IMG/VR virus record: IMGVR_UViG_2706795442_000001 | Direction: 5' to 3' (one strand) | Length of the DNA: 64,000 nt | Source: a virus | Taxonomy: Duplodnaviria; Heunggongvirae; Uroviricota; Caudoviricetes | Part shown: positions 48,468-59,120 of the stretch, one piece after another | Position numbering within the stretch: the stretch's first letter is position 1 | How the letters are laid out: each line of letters starts with the position of its first letter | Position numbers and translations under genes: made by a program | Notes under the pieces: generated by a model | What the model was told of the DNA's origin: nothing | Seen by the model: only the letters and a program-made list of their open reading frames with translations | Databases searched by the model: none

Positions 48468-49514
48468 CTATCTTATCAATGATATTCTATCTCTAAACAA
48501 TTTTAACCATGTATCTTTTCCCTTATCTGTAGGACTATCTTTTAAATCAAGCAAATTATTTTTGTCCCATACTACACTGACTGAAAAATATGGTTTTAAT
48601 TTATTGGCTATTGTTTTTTCAACTTTTTCTGCATAATATTTTTCTAACGTGTCTCCTATATTTTCAAATTCTTTATCGACAGCGATAATAACTTCTTCAA
48701 TTGGTAGATTCTTTATTAAATTTAATTGTCTATCGCTGAAAGCACTACCAGACATACATACACCTATACCGTGTCCATTATAAAAACTATCTAATTGTAA
48801 TACAGATTTCTCAGATTCAAATAAAACAAGTTTCTTTGTAGACATTATATTGCCCATATTTTCATACAAACCATATAAAGTAGCTCCTGTGGGATGGTTA
48901 AGAAATGCATTTTTTTGTTTTACAGGCGTATATTTCAACCCTTTATCTACAAGAAACGGGTCAAGGTTTCTTGCTCTTACACCAACAATATATCCGTCTT
49001 CATTTCTATGTGGTATTACTATTTGCTTGTTTTCTATAGACATTTTAATATCAAACTTTTTCATTGTGCTAGGCATAATTCCTTCTTTTACCCAAGATAT
49101 ATGATATTTGTCATCATATCTATTTAAAACACTGTCAGATAAAGTCTTTAATGGTTCGTAATGGATTACTTTATTAAATTTATTAAAGAAAGACAAATCT
49201 ATTATATCATCATAGTTATACTCTGTCAATTCATTTTCATATCCAAAATAGTCTTTAATATATTTAAATGCTTCTGAAAATTCTACGTTTTTTATTTTTT
49301 GAATTAGTTCAAATATATCCATAGAACCACAGTTAGTATAACAATGTATCATTTTAGTATCGTCGTAATAATACATTTTATGTGAATGACCACTATGGCA
49401 AATCGTACGTGCTATTATTTGACCATTTTGTTCATAAGGCTCAGCACCTAACTGTGTTAGGAGGGTTATTATATCATTAGGACCAAGCTGTTCTTTTAGG
49501 CTTTGAGCATCCAA
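48468..49514 (-). CDS. DNA primase (DnaG-type zinc-binding domain plus TOPRIM)
   Basis: Zinc ribbon CHSGHSHKM…CYTNCG is present. The TOPRIM motif reads LVLFESEKSVLQL. Confidence 0.75.
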   Translation of the reverse strand: MDAQSLKEQLGPNDIITLLTQLGAEPYEQNGQIIARTICHSGHSHKMYYYDDTKMIHCYTNCGSMDIFELIQKIKNVEFSEAFKYIKDYFGYENELTEYNYDDIIDLSFFNKFNKVIHYEPLKTLSDSVLNRYDDKYHISWVKEGIMPSTMKKFDIKMSIENKQIVIPHRNEDGYIVGVRARNLDPFLVDKGLKYTPVKQKNAFLNHPTGATLYGLYENMGNIMSTKKLVLFESEKSVLQLDSFYNGHGIGVCMSGSAFSDRQLNLIKNLPIEEVIIAVDKEFENIGDTLEKYYAEKVEKTIANKLKPYFSVSVVWDKNNLLDLKDSPTDKGKDTWLKLFRDRISLIR

Positions 49515-49525
49515 GACAATCCCCC

Positions 49526-51163
49526 CTAAAAATCAATATCGCTATTATCGTTACTTCTGTCTACAACGTCCCCAAAAACGCCATCCTTAGAATAATATTC
49601 TTCTCTTTTGAAATCTTTTTCAGTTTTTCCTTCTGTAAATTCATATTGTAAATCTGTAATGTCTTCAATGATATTATAATCATAATCTGTTGCAAATAAA
49701 CATTCTTCTCTAATTGTTGATTTATCTAAATGTGTAAAAAGAATAACTTCTGGTATACCATCACGGTTTTTATATAAAAATCTTAACATATTTGGTTCTT
49801 TTCCAAACCCATTTTCTTCAACAATGTCTTTTACATTTTCTAAATCACGTTCTCTTGCTTTGTGTAAAATCATACCATAATCAACTTTATCTGCTACTGC
49901 TGAACTACCACGTAAAGCATTACTATTCATCTCAGCATCTTTTCCTACACCACTTCTGTTTAATTGTGTAGCAGATTGCATGGCGATATTATATTTTTCT
50001 GCAATAGCTCTAAGACTATCAGATAAATATAGTAGAACTTGGTCTTCACGTTGAACAGAACCATATAATTCATTAATACTTCTTTGTAATGAACTTCTAT
50101 TTTGAATATAGTCAAACGCAACATATTGAACATCATGGTCTAAAATATGTCTTTCTATGGTATCTTCCATATCACTAATTGTAAAGTTAGGCATATGAAC
50201 TAAATACAAAGGACTCTCTTCTAATATATTACCAGCTTGTTCTAGCAGCTTTCTCTGCTCCATATTGAATAATCCATTTTTTATTACTTTTCTACTAATA
50301 CCAGTTAAATAACTTAATGCCATATAGTTAAGGTCTGCTTCATCTAATTCAGTAGAAATAAATAAACTAGGAATTGATACACCATGACTAACCCATTCTC
50401 CATTTAAGTAAATCTTATCAACTGCAACGTCTATCATATCTCTAATTTGTAATGATGATTTCATAGAACCTGTGCTACCAGAACGTAAAAGCAATTTACC
50501 TTTTTTCAGTCCACCAAATGAACTATTTTCAAAACCACAAGCTGTAGGATAACCAAACCCCATACCTTCTCTCGTTTCATCAAGTAATTGGCTAATATTT
50601 TGACCTGCTTTAAAACTTTTAATATCAGTTTCAATGTTGAAGTCATCTTTTACTCTGAGATTCTTTAAAGTAAAATGTTCAAAAATATCTTTCATATCCT
50701 TTTTTCTTAGTTCTTTTATTGATTTCTCTCTAGCTAAAAAGTCCTCAGATTCCCAGTCGTATAAGTCAGAAACATCAAAACCTTCTAATACATAAGCTCT
50801 TAATATAGACATTTTCTTTAATAGGTCATATGATTGCCAAAATGTTTCTTTGTTAGCATGTTCTAAACAATTTTGAATATACTCATATCCTTTTTGTTCA
50901 TTCCATACTTTATATTGTGTAGGATATGAACTTAAATAGTTGTCAATATCTACTGCTGTAATATTTGTTACTCTATCCCCACTAGCATTGAATACAATGT
51001 TATTTATAGCTTTAAACACAATTCTGTGTAATGATTGCATAAAATCTTCTGGCTTTAATTGACAATCATTATGTCTTAACAATTCTGTATCTTGACATAT
51101 TGAACCAATTACAGTATACACACTTCTAACTGGATTTAAATTAGATAAATTTCTATTTTCCAT
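49526..51163 (-). CDS. DnaB-like replicative helicase
   Basis: RecA-like core with the P-loop region LLRSGSTGSMKSS. Size and position beside the primase fit. Confidence 0.6.
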   Translation of the reverse strand: MENRNLSNLNPVRSVYTVIGSICQDTELLRHNDCQLKPEDFMQSLHRIVFKAINNIVFNASGDRVTNITAVDIDNYLSSYPTQYKVWNEQKGYEYIQNCLEHANKETFWQSYDLLKKMSILRAYVLEGFDVSDLYDWESEDFLAREKSIKELRKKDMKDIFEHFTLKNLRVKDDFNIETDIKSFKAGQNISQLLDETREGMGFGYPTACGFENSSFGGLKKGKLLLRSGSTGSMKSSLQIRDMIDVAVDKIYLNGEWVSHGVSIPSLFISTELDEADLNYMALSYLTGISRKVIKNGLFNMEQRKLLEQAGNILEESPLYLVHMPNFTISDMEDTIERHILDHDVQYVAFDYIQNRSSLQRSINELYGSVQREDQVLLYLSDSLRAIAEKYNIAMQSATQLNRSGVGKDAEMNSNALRGSSAVADKVDYGMILHKARERDLENVKDIVEENGFGKEPNMLRFLYKNRDGIPEVILFTHLDKSTIREECLFATDYDYNIIEDITDLQYEFTEGKTEKDFKREEYYSKDGVFGDVVDRSNDNSDIDF

Positions 51164-51564
51164 TATCCATTCTCCTTATCAACATCTCTTAATGTTTGTA
51201 TCATATCAACAATAATATAAGGTTCTTTTGACAAAGCATCCTCACTTGTTTTCTTTATATTAAATTCTTTATATAGTTCTTTTTCTCTTTGTTTATTACT
51301 CTTTTTCTTATTTTGTTCTTGTTGTACCCATAAAACAAAACTTCCTGATGTATTATTTTTTATATCATTTAAAAAATCAGAAATATTATCCCAATCACTG
51401 ATATTGTCTAAAATATCACGTTCATATTGTTTATAAACTAATCTTGTTAATATATATTTGTCATCTGTAACAAAATAGGCTACTATTTTTTTATTATTAT
51501 ATTTAAATTTTACTTTCTTATCATGTAATAGTTTTCCATATTCTTCCATTTTATAATCATTCAT
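51163..51564 (-). CDS. hypothetical protein
   Basis: ORF present. Confidence 0.4.
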   Translation of the reverse strand: MNDYKMEEYGKLLHDKKVKFKYNNKKIVAYFVTDDKYILTRLVYKQYERDILDNISDWDNISDFLNDIKNNTSGSFVLWVQQEQNKKKSNKQREKELYKEFNIKKTSEDALSKEPYIIVDMIQTLRDVDKENG

Positions 51565-51566
51565 AT

Positions 51567-52049
51567 TTATTCCTCCATGTCATATAACATATTATTTTTA
51601 TATTTGTTTCTATTAAAAAGCTCGCTATTTACTGTTATAGTTTCTTTTTTATTCTCTTTTCCTTTATTGTTGTTTTTATTTTCTTTTCGTTGTTTTATAT
51701 AATCAATAAATTCTTTGTATGAGTTTTGATATAATGTTAACCCATATTTCATATCATATTTACGTTTTTCGATATTAATAGTGAATTTTATAAGAGCTTC
51801 TATCCTTTTGTAACTCCAACCATTACTATTGTGCATTTCTTTTGCATGTTTTTTCATTAAAGGTGTTACAAAACCATATTCATTAGTTAAGTATTTATAC
51901 AAACTTTCTCGTTCTTCTTTTTCTTTAATGACTATTTCGTAACACTCTGGACAATAATTCTTTCCAGATATTTTTTTCATGTTTTCTTTTTCATGTTTAA
52001 TTCCATATGGTTCACAATAAGGACCATAACATTTTACTTTACGTGACAT
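51567..52049 (-). CDS. zinc-ribbon protein (CxxC…CxxC), hypothetical
   Basis: Cysteine pairs CYGPYC and CPEC are present. Confidence 0.4.
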   Translation of the reverse strand: MSRKVKCYGPYCEPYGIKHEKENMKKISGKNYCPECYEIVIKEKEERESLYKYLTNEYGFVTPLMKKHAKEMHNSNGWSYKRIEALIKFTINIEKRKYDMKYGLTLYQNSYKEFIDYIKQRKENKNNNKGKENKKETITVNSELFNRNKYKNNMLYDMEE

Positions 52050-52080
52050 GTTCTCACTTCCCTATATAATGTATGTATAT

Positions 52081-52110
52081 ATTATATCATAAGACTATGT
52101 CTTTTGTCAA
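52081..52110 (-). promoter_or_regulatory. promoter TTGACA-18-TATAAT
   Basis: Minus strand reads TTGACA aaagacatagtcttatga TATAAT. Terminator hairpin 52117-52142 lies just upstream. Confidence 0.55.
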
Positions 52111-52139
52111 TAAAAATAAGACTAGAATTAAATCTAGTC

Positions 52140-52352
52140 TTACAATCTAAAACTACTTAACAGTAATTCTATAAGAAAAACAACTCCTACACAAGCCCAA
52201 AAACTAACATATTTACCTGTAAACGCACCAATTATTCCCCATAATACCCATGCAGGAATAAAAATCGCTAACCCAATAATTAATAAAGCGACAATAACAA
52301 TAAGTAAAATAGTTCCAATTGCTTTTAATAATTCCATTCTAAATATCTCCAT
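52140..52352 (-). CDS. small membrane protein
   Basis: Two TM segments. Confidence 0.4.
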   Translation of the reverse strand: MEIFRMELLKAIGTILLIVIVALLIIGLAIFIPAWVLWGIIGAFTGKYVSFWACVGVVFLIELLLSSFRL

Positions 52353-52593
52353 TTCCTCGTTTTTCTACTACTTCTTGTTCTAATCTACTGATAGCTTCTC
52401 TTATTTTATTAATATCTGTTTCATCCTTTATTCTTCTGTGAATCTCTAAAGCAATATCTGCACGTTCTAACTTTTCATAATTACTTATATTTCTATTTTC
52501 AAATATTTTCTGAATAGTATAACATGCAAAAGAATCACACATCTTTTTAGTAGAATTTAAAATATCTTTTTGATTAACATATAAATTATCCAT
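52339..52593 (-). CDS. hypothetical protein
   Basis: ORF present. Confidence 0.4.
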   Translation of the reverse strand: MDNLYVNQKDILNSTKKMCDSFACYTIQKIFENRNISNYEKLERADIALEIHRRIKDETDINKIREAISRLEQEVVEKRGNGDI

Positions 52594-52799
52594 AACTTCC
52601 TCCTAATTTTAATATATTATTGTAATATATATGTTACTTGTCACTATATTTTTCTAATTTATTATTTCCTTTATTAACTTTTTCCTTGATTTCTTCTATA
52701 TTTTCTTGAATTTCTAAAGCGTTCTGTTTTATTTCTTTATCTTTTTGATATGTTTCATACCTCATATTATCACTTTGAGTCATAATTTTTCCTCTTCTC

Positions 52800-53222
52800 T
52801 TATACTATATGATATAAATCAATAGCCTTTTCTTTTAAATCTTCTCTAAAATTATTGTAATATTTCTTATCCCTATAGTATTTCTTATCTTTCTTAAATT
52901 CTCTATCTTTCTTAACTTCTTTAAAATCAAGAGCTTTTTCATACTTTTTAAGTTGTTCATCCCCTCCTAATATTTCATATTGCACTTCCATTTCTTCAAT
53001 CTGAGCCCTCAATAATCTTCTTTCTTGTAAAAATTCTTGAAGTCTCTTATACATTTCTACAGATTGAGAAACATTAAACTCTGTCTCTCTTATTTTAATC
53101 AATATATCTTCAAATTTACTATTTATCTCTTTCATTTCTATTTGTAGAATGTTGACTGTACCTTTTAAATCTACTAACTCACTATAAATTCTCTCAATGT
53201 AATTCATATATATCCACCCCAA
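52800..53222 (-). CDS. coiled-coil protein
   Basis: ORF present. Confidence 0.4.
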   Translation of the reverse strand: MGWIYMNYIERIYSELVDLKGTVNILQIEMKEINSKFEDILIKIRETEFNVSQSVEMYKRLQEFLQERRLLRAQIEEMEVQYEILGGDEQLKKYEKALDFKEVKKDREFKKDKKYYRDKKYYNNFREDLKEKAIDLYHIV

Positions 53223-53769
53223 TATCTGTTAAATAATTTTTTAATTGTAAATATAATTGAATACCACCCAAAGAATCAAAAGTATCTTTAATATTCTCTT
53301 GCTTTCTTTTTACTTTTTCTTGCTTATGAGTTCTTAATTGATATTGTAAAGCATGAATCATATTATACATATCATATCCATTCATAATTTCAGTTTCTAT
53401 TGTGTGATATATCTCTTGTATTTCATGTTTAGAGAAAGGCACTCTATTTGAGTCAATTGATTCAGAACAAGTGTCAATTTGTAATTTGATGTCATGTAAA
53501 TTTTTATATTTTTCTTTTAAACTTTCAATTGATTTATTACTTATGTTATAATTAATATTTTTCTTTATTTTTTTCATATAAGTATCATTAAATTCATATT
53601 TCTTTTCTAATCCTCCTAGAACTCTTTGTCTTTGTTTTCTTTTTTCTAATCTCTTATTTAATACATCTTTTGAAGGATTATCTCTGTAATCATCTAACTG
53701 TAAAGATTGCAAGATTGATTTTCTTTGTTGTTTTATTTCCTTTGTTGGCATTTTTTTCATATTATTCAT
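53194..53769 (-). CDS. hypothetical protein
   Basis: ORF present. Confidence 0.4.
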   Translation of the reverse strand: MNNMKKMPTKEIKQQRKSILQSLQLDDYRDNPSKDVLNKRLEKRKQRQRVLGGLEKKYEFNDTYMKKIKKNINYNISNKSIESLKEKYKNLHDIKLQIDTCSESIDSNRVPFSKHEIQEIYHTIETEIMNGYDMYNMIHALQYQLRTHKQEKVKRKQENIKDTFDSLGGIQLYLQLKNYLTDIGVDIYELH

Positions 53770-53792
53770 TCCTTTATATCTAAGATACTTAT

Positions 53793-53821
53793 ATTATATA
53801 TGTATGCCCCCTTAATGTCAA
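53793..53821 (-). promoter_or_regulatory. promoter TTGACA-17-TATAAT overlapping a terminator hairpin
   Basis: Minus strand reads TTGACA ttaagggggcatacata TATAAT. The hairpin CCCCCTT…AAGGGGG lies at 53807-53826. Confidence 0.6.
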
Positions 53822-53834
53822 GGGGGTTTAGATA

Positions 53835-54794
53835 TTATTCAAAATAAAAATCTTCGTCTTTAATAGCAACCACTGTAGCTTTCTTATAAGAATCCCCTTT
53901 AACACTAAAGAAATCATGTGTTTTCTTACCAACATTTAAGCCATTTAACACAATAGGATTAGGGTCATCATGCTCATAACGTGATTCATAACCTAAATTA
54001 TTTAATGCTTTATTTGCATTGTATTTAACGAAATCTAATACATCAATTGTTAAATCAACTTGGTCATATAAATATCTAGTATATCCAATTTCATTTTCTA
54101 ATAATTCATCAAATAAATTAATAGTAAATTCTTCCAAACCTTTGATTTGTTCATCAGTTAAATCTTTTAATAACTCTTGGTAATTCAACCCTGTGTACAC
54201 GCCGTGTATCGACTCATCTCTTATTATTAAATTAATAATCTCTCCTGCTCCAACTAGTTTTCCTTGTCCTGCCATATATAATGGATAGTAAAATCCAGAA
54301 TAGAATAGAAATGTTTCTAATGCAACCGATGCTGACATTGCTTTTGCTAATGTGTAATCATCTACGATTTCATCATAATATTTTTTGATAATTAATCCTT
54401 TTTTCTGTAGATGAGGATTTTCTTTTACCCATTCAAACAGTTCGTTAATACGTTTAGACGATTCTAAAGTTAGAAAAATATTAGAATATGAGCGAGCATG
54501 AACCGCTGTCTCCATACCACCCATAAACGTAAACACTGCTTTCTTTTGGTGTGAATTTACATGGCGTGCAATGTCTGGCATACCAACGTCCCCTTGTAAG
54601 GAATCTAGCAAGGTTAGACCTGCTAGAACTTTTGAATAAGTTTCTTTCTCGTCTTCTGTTAATTTTTTCCATGTTAATGTATCATTAGACAAACTTACCT
54701 CTTCTGGCAGCCAAAATTGTTTTAAATTTTGTAACATAAACATTTCTGAAAAGTCGTCATCTTTTTTATTCCAATTACCTGCTGTTAATACCAA
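53835..54794 (-). CDS. nrdF: ribonucleotide reductase class Ib beta subunit
   Basis: Ferritin-like R2 motifs. The protein is 319 aa and lies downstream of nrdE. Confidence 0.8.
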   Translation of the reverse strand: MVLTAGNWNKKDDDFSEMFMLQNLKQFWLPEEVSLSNDTLTWKKLTEDEKETYSKVLAGLTLLDSLQGDVGMPDIARHVNSHQKKAVFTFMGGMETAVHARSYSNIFLTLESSKRINELFEWVKENPHLQKKGLIIKKYYDEIVDDYTLAKAMSASVALETFLFYSGFYYPLYMAGQGKLVGAGEIINLIIRDESIHGVYTGLNYQELLKDLTDEQIKGLEEFTINLFDELLENEIGYTRYLYDQVDLTIDVLDFVKYNANKALNNLGYESRYEHDDPNPIVLNGLNVGKKTHDFFSVKGDSYKKATVVAIKDEDFYFE

Positions 54795-54810
54795 TATAAT
54801 TTCCTCCTAT

Positions 54811-56931
54811 TTACACTGCACAACTTAAACATTCTGCTTGTTGATAATCTTTTTGTCTAGTATAATATAATGTTTTAATACCTTTGTGATGAGCATATAG
54901 ATAAATTCTAGTCAATTGTCTAGTATCTACACTATCCTTAACAAACAACGTAAAACTAATACCTTGATGAACGTGTTTTTGAATAGTAGCAATTAAATCC
55001 ACTACTTTAAACATATCCATATCGTATGCTTCTTTGTAATAGAACCATGTAGAATTATTTAAACCAGGCATAGGATAGAATGTTCTACTATCTCCATAAG
55101 TTCTTTCTTCTACTCTATCAGTGATTGGCATTACTGATGCTGTGGCTGATTGAACATACGAGATGCTGCCGGTAGGTGCAATTGCTGATAAATATGAATG
55201 ATACATACCATCTTCTTTTACTTTTTGAGATAATGCTTTCCAATCATCTTTTGTAGGAATATGAATACCTTCAAATAATGCTTTCACTTTGTCAGATTTA
55301 ATCTCAAAATCTTCATTATAACGCTCAAAATATTTACCAGTTTGATAGTCTGAACCTTCAAAGCCTTTAAAAGTTTTATTTCTTTCTTTAGCAATGTCAG
55401 TTGATTCCATAATAGTCCAATAGTTTACAGTTCTAAAGAATGCGTCTACAAACTCAATAGCGTCTTTTGATTCATAAGCAATACCGTTTTGTGCTAAATA
55501 TCCATGTAGACCTAAAGCCCCCAACCCAACAGAGTGCATTTCATCATTGGCTTTTTTAACTGCTGGTGCATTTTTAATGTTTGTTTCATCAGACACTCTT
55601 GTTAATGCTTTGATTGAGTATCTTACTGTTGTTTCAAAGTCTTTTTGTTTCATGACATTTCCAATATTTAATGAACCTAAATTACATGAAATATCTTGAC
55701 CGATATTATCTGGTTCTTCATAGTCTGTATACTCTGATACTTCGCTGTATTGTAAAATTTCACTACAAAGATTAGAGAATTTTACTTTACCTAAATTATT
55801 TAATGCGTGGTCTTTGTTAACATTATCTTCAAACATAATATAAGGATAGCCACTTTCTATTTGAGTTACAGAAATTTGCTCTAATAAATCTCTAGGGTCA
55901 ATTTTTTGCTTTCTAATTTCTGGGTCGTTAATTAGTTTATCGTACCATTCTTCCATATCAATTTCATCAATAGTAACGCCATATTTATCCCATAAATTTT
56001 TAGGATAGAATAAGTACATAGGTTCATTGTTTCTTGCTAACTCAATAAACTTGTCTGGAATAACTACTCCAATAGATAATGTTTTAACACGTACATCTTC
56101 GTCAGCACTAATTTTTTTAGTGTCTAAGAAATCGTAAATATCAGCATGGAACACATTTAAATAAGTAGCAAAGCTACCTTGACGTTTACCGCCTTGATTA
56201 ATATGTCTTTGTGATTGGTCTAAGTTTTTCATAATAGGTACTACACCCATTGTTTTATTATCGTTACCCATTAAATCTTCGTTCTTAGCACGTGTTTTAG
56301 TTAAATTAATGGAGATTCCACCTCCAAGTTTACTTAACTGTCTGGCTGTACTATTCATCATATTAATATCATTTAGTGAATCTCCAGTTTCTAATAAGAA
56401 ACAAGAAACCATTTCTCCTGCTTTAAATAACCCAGCATTTAACATTGTCGGTGTTGCAGGTTGGTATTGTTGTGTCATTAATAAATCAATATATTTCAAC
56501 GCTTCGTCTATATCGCCGTTACCAAAGAACAACGCTACTACTGATAATCTATCTTCATAGCGCTCTAAGAAATGTTGGTTATCATGTGTTTTTAGTGCGT
56601 AAGAATCATAGAATTTTTTAGCCGACATGTAAGACGGGAATCTAAACTTATAGTTATAAGCACGTTTAAATACTTTTTTAATCTCTGAAAACTTGTATTT
56701 ATCAAATAATTCTTTACTATAATATCTATTTTCTAAAAGATAATTAATTTTTTCTTTTAAGTCATGGAACCAAACCATGTTCATATTTACATAATCTACA
56801 AAATACTTCTTAACTGCCTCTTTATCTTTTTCAATTTGTAATTCTCCTTGAGCAGAAATTACTTCATTGTTCAATTCAATGTGTCCTTTTTCTTTAACCA
56901 ACAGAATCAACCTTTCTAATAATGTCTTCAA
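54811..56931 (-). CDS. nrdE: ribonucleotide reductase class Ib alpha subunit
   Basis: The protein is 706 aa with the NrdE N-terminus and a C-terminal CLSCAV Cys pair. Confidence 0.85.
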   Translation of the reverse strand: MKTLLERLILLVKEKGHIELNNEVISAQGELQIEKDKEAVKKYFVDYVNMNMVWFHDLKEKINYLLENRYYSKELFDKYKFSEIKKVFKRAYNYKFRFPSYMSAKKFYDSYALKTHDNQHFLERYEDRLSVVALFFGNGDIDEALKYIDLLMTQQYQPATPTMLNAGLFKAGEMVSCFLLETGDSLNDINMMNSTARQLSKLGGGISINLTKTRAKNEDLMGNDNKTMGVVPIMKNLDQSQRHINQGGKRQGSFATYLNVFHADIYDFLDTKKISADEDVRVKTLSIGVVIPDKFIELARNNEPMYLFYPKNLWDKYGVTIDEIDMEEWYDKLINDPEIRKQKIDPRDLLEQISVTQIESGYPYIMFEDNVNKDHALNNLGKVKFSNLCSEILQYSEVSEYTDYEEPDNIGQDISCNLGSLNIGNVMKQKDFETTVRYSIKALTRVSDETNIKNAPAVKKANDEMHSVGLGALGLHGYLAQNGIAYESKDAIEFVDAFFRTVNYWTIMESTDIAKERNKTFKGFEGSDYQTGKYFERYNEDFEIKSDKVKALFEGIHIPTKDDWKALSQKVKEDGMYHSYLSAIAPTGSISYVQSATASVMPITDRVEERTYGDSRTFYPMPGLNNSTWFYYKEAYDMDMFKVVDLIATIQKHVHQGISFTLFVKDSVDTRQLTRIYLYAHHKGIKTLYYTRQKDYQQAECLSCAV

Positions 56932-57256
56932 TTTTTTGTTTATCTTTTTTAGTCCCAGACAACTCTAATTTGCAATATAGTGGAACACCGTATTCGTCAG
57001 ATATTTTTTCTCCTGCAACTGCAAATAATGAGCCCCAATTTCTATTACCAAAAGATACTACACCTATCATTTTATTAGAATGTTTGTCTAAAAAATTTTG
57101 CACAGGTTCTGGTATCTGTCCAAAATTATAAGTAGGAGTAAACAATATATAATTATCTTTAGGCTCTGAATCTATATTATGTTTCTCTAAGTCTGTATCT
57201 AAACTATCAATAAATCTTTTAGTATTATTTGACTTGGAGTAATATATTAATTCCAA
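56894..57256 (-). CDS. nrdI: NrdI flavodoxin-like protein
   Basis: N-terminus MELIYYSKSNNTKRF is present. The protein is 120 aa, immediately upstream of nrdE, with overlap. Confidence 0.7.
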   Translation of the reverse strand: MELIYYSKSNNTKRFIDSLDTDLEKHNIDSEPKDNYILFTPTYNFGQIPEPVQNFLDKHSNKMIGVVSFGNRNWGSLFAVAGEKISDEYGVPLYCKLELSGTKKDKQKIEDIIRKVDSVG

Positions 57257-57289
57257 TTTTATTACCTCCCAAATTCTAGCTCAATATAT

Positions 57290-57318
57290 ATTATATCATA
57301 AAAGAACAGTTTTGTCAA
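57290..57318 (-). promoter_or_regulatory. promoter TTGACA-17-TATAAT overlapping a terminator hairpin
   Basis: Minus strand reads TTGACA aaactgttcttttatga TATAAT. The hairpin lies at 57303-57325. Confidence 0.6.
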
Positions 57319-57338
57319 CTGTTCTTGTAAAATAATTA

Positions 57339-57572
57339 TTATTTTTTGCCACTTCTAAATGTAATTAAGTCTTCATGTAAAACAACTTTAACAAGGGCTG
57401 GAACCCCATCTTTTGTTTCTTCTATAATTTCTACATTGTCATATATCTTACATAACCTAGTTATATGTGGAATATTGGAACTATATATAATCCATCTATT
57501 TAATTCTTTATCGTAGGAGCATGTTGTTTCTGCTTCGTATTTAGAATATCTACTGTCTACTATTTTAGCCAT
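57339..57572 (-). CDS. hypothetical protein
   Basis: ORF present. Confidence 0.4.
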   Translation of the reverse strand: MAKIVDSRYSKYEAETTCSYDKELNRWIIYSSNIPHITRLCKIYDNVEIIEETKDGVPALVKVVLHEDLITFRSGKK

Positions 57573-57733
57573 TTATCAATCTCTTTATTTACTTCGATTT
57601 TAGCAAAACCTTTAAGATTTTTATGTTTGGAAATAACCTTATCTTTTAATGCTTCAGTAGAAACTGCTCCCATATAGTCCCCGTCTTTATTAAAAATCGC
57701 ATAAACTGTGTATTGTGGTAATTTATTATCCAT
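57560..57733 (-). CDS. small hypothetical protein (57 aa), not in the ORF track
   Basis: ATG at 57733. Its end overlaps the next gene's start (ATGG). Confidence 0.35.
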   Translation of the reverse strand: MDNKLPQYTVYAIFNKDGDYMGAVSTEALKDKVISKHKNLKGFAKIEVNKEIDKWLK

Positions 57734-57876
57734 GCTTTAATCCCTCATTTCTTATTAATGAATCAATTTGTGTAATTTTGTCTCGAATTAATTCAAAATA
57801 TATATTTTTTTCAATATCATTATCATTATATATATTTTTATATAAATTTATTTTTTCAAGCAATGAATTTAATTCA

Positions 57877-58212
57877 TCATTTGCCATATATATGTTTATT
57901 CATTTCTACTACTAAGTGTTGTTTCTTTTTTTCAATTTCAATATTATTTGATAATTCTTGTAATTTAACTTCTGGATAGTAGCTTAATTCTATTAAACTT
58001 TCAACTACATATTTTTTTAGTGGGAAACTAGTCTTAATTATTTCATCATTATAAACATAATTAATAATTAACATACCAGTTTCTCCCTGTGATTTTACTA
58101 TATCTATATAATTTCCTCCACCTAAATCTACACCTACAAATTCATTCATTTTATGTTCTTCTAACTCATAATAGCTTTCTTCAAATTTCTCTCTTAATCC
58201 ATCGTTTACCAT
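57877..58212 (-). CDS. hypothetical protein
   Basis: ORF present. Confidence 0.4.
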   Translation of the reverse strand: MVNDGLREKFEESYYELEEHKMNEFVGVDLGGGNYIDIVKSQGETGMLIINYVYNDEIIKTSFPLKKYVVESLIELSYYPEVKLQELSNNIEIEKKKQHLVVEMNKHIYGK

Positions 58213-58232
58213 AAATAACCTCTCCTTTTATA

Positions 58233-58598
58233 TTATTCATTATCCCAACGAACAGACACCATAACACCATCTTGTGAATCTTCATATACTGTATGGAAAC
58301 CTTCATTGTCTAATTCTTTAAGAACTGCTAATATTTCTTGTTTATTATACCCTTCTATAGGTTCTTTAAACTTAAATATTTTATAATACAATATACAACT
58401 AAACCTACCTTTTTCACTGGCTGTTTTAATATCTGATTTAGCTTGTTTTAAAAATTCATTAATATTTTTCTTTTTAGGTTTAGCTGTATTAAAGTCATTT
58501 CTTGTTCCTTGAAACCAACGTTTTGCTTTAATAGTATTATCATAGGTTCGTTGTGCTAAATTTTTCTTTGCCATTACACTAATTCGCCATCTTTCCAA
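58233..58598 (-). CDS. hypothetical protein
   Basis: ORF present. Confidence 0.4.
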   Translation of the reverse strand: MERWRISVMAKKNLAQRTYDNTIKAKRWFQGTRNDFNTAKPKKKNINEFLKQAKSDIKTASEKGRFSCILYYKIFKFKEPIEGYNKQEILAVLKELDNEGFHTVYEDSQDGVMVSVRWDNE

Positions 58599-58981
58599 AT
58601 AAGCGTCATTGTCATATCATCATTTAAGATGTAAATAGAAACGCTATGTTCATTTTTAACTTCCGAAATAGTGCGGTTACCGTACATATAAGATTTTAAT
58701 ATTTTTAAGTCTTTCCAACCTTCCTCTTTTGAAGGTATTGCATTTCTAACTTCTAAAAGTCTAGGAATTGCCGTTTCTTCTGTGATTGATTCTTCAATTT
58801 CTACTGTGAAAGTCTCGTTCACAGCAATTTCATGCTCTATTGATATATTTTGAAGCATATCGAAATACACAGAACCACCATCGAGATTACTATAAAACGC
58901 TTTTTCTGTAATACGGTTCTTCCAACCCCACTGAATTAATTCCGGTAGTGTCATTTCAACTTCCTTTTTAATCTTTACCAT
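58574..58981 (-). CDS. hypothetical protein (paralog of 60322..60744)
   Basis: Shared C-terminus …MTLIWKDGELV. Confidence 0.4.
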   Translation of the reverse strand: MVKIKKEVEMTLPELIQWGWKNRITEKAFYSNLDGGSVYFDMLQNISIEHEIAVNETFTVEIEESITEETAIPRLLEVRNAIPSKEEGWKDLKILKSYMYGNRTISEVKNEHSVSIYILNDDMTMTLIWKDGELV

Positions 58982-59120
58982 AATATCTCTCCTTATTTAT
59001 TTCTCCTTCACATAATCTAAAGGAATATCAATGTTGTCTTCTGATTCTATTATAACAAAAAATCTTCCTAATTATACCACATAAAACCGTTATTTTAGCT
59101 AGTATTTTCATTTTTAAAAC

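Noticed and set aside
49526-51163. Apparently atypical Walker A (SGSTGSMKSS instead of GxxxxGKT) in the DnaB-like helicase
   Set aside because: This could indicate a pseudo-helicase. Without an alignment it is probably just my mis-registration of the P-loop, so no claim is made.
57715-57915. Plus-strand 66-aa ORF starting with GTG
   Set aside because: It is antisense to the minus-strand gene block, has no RBS and is composed of AT-rich codons. It is likely non-coding.
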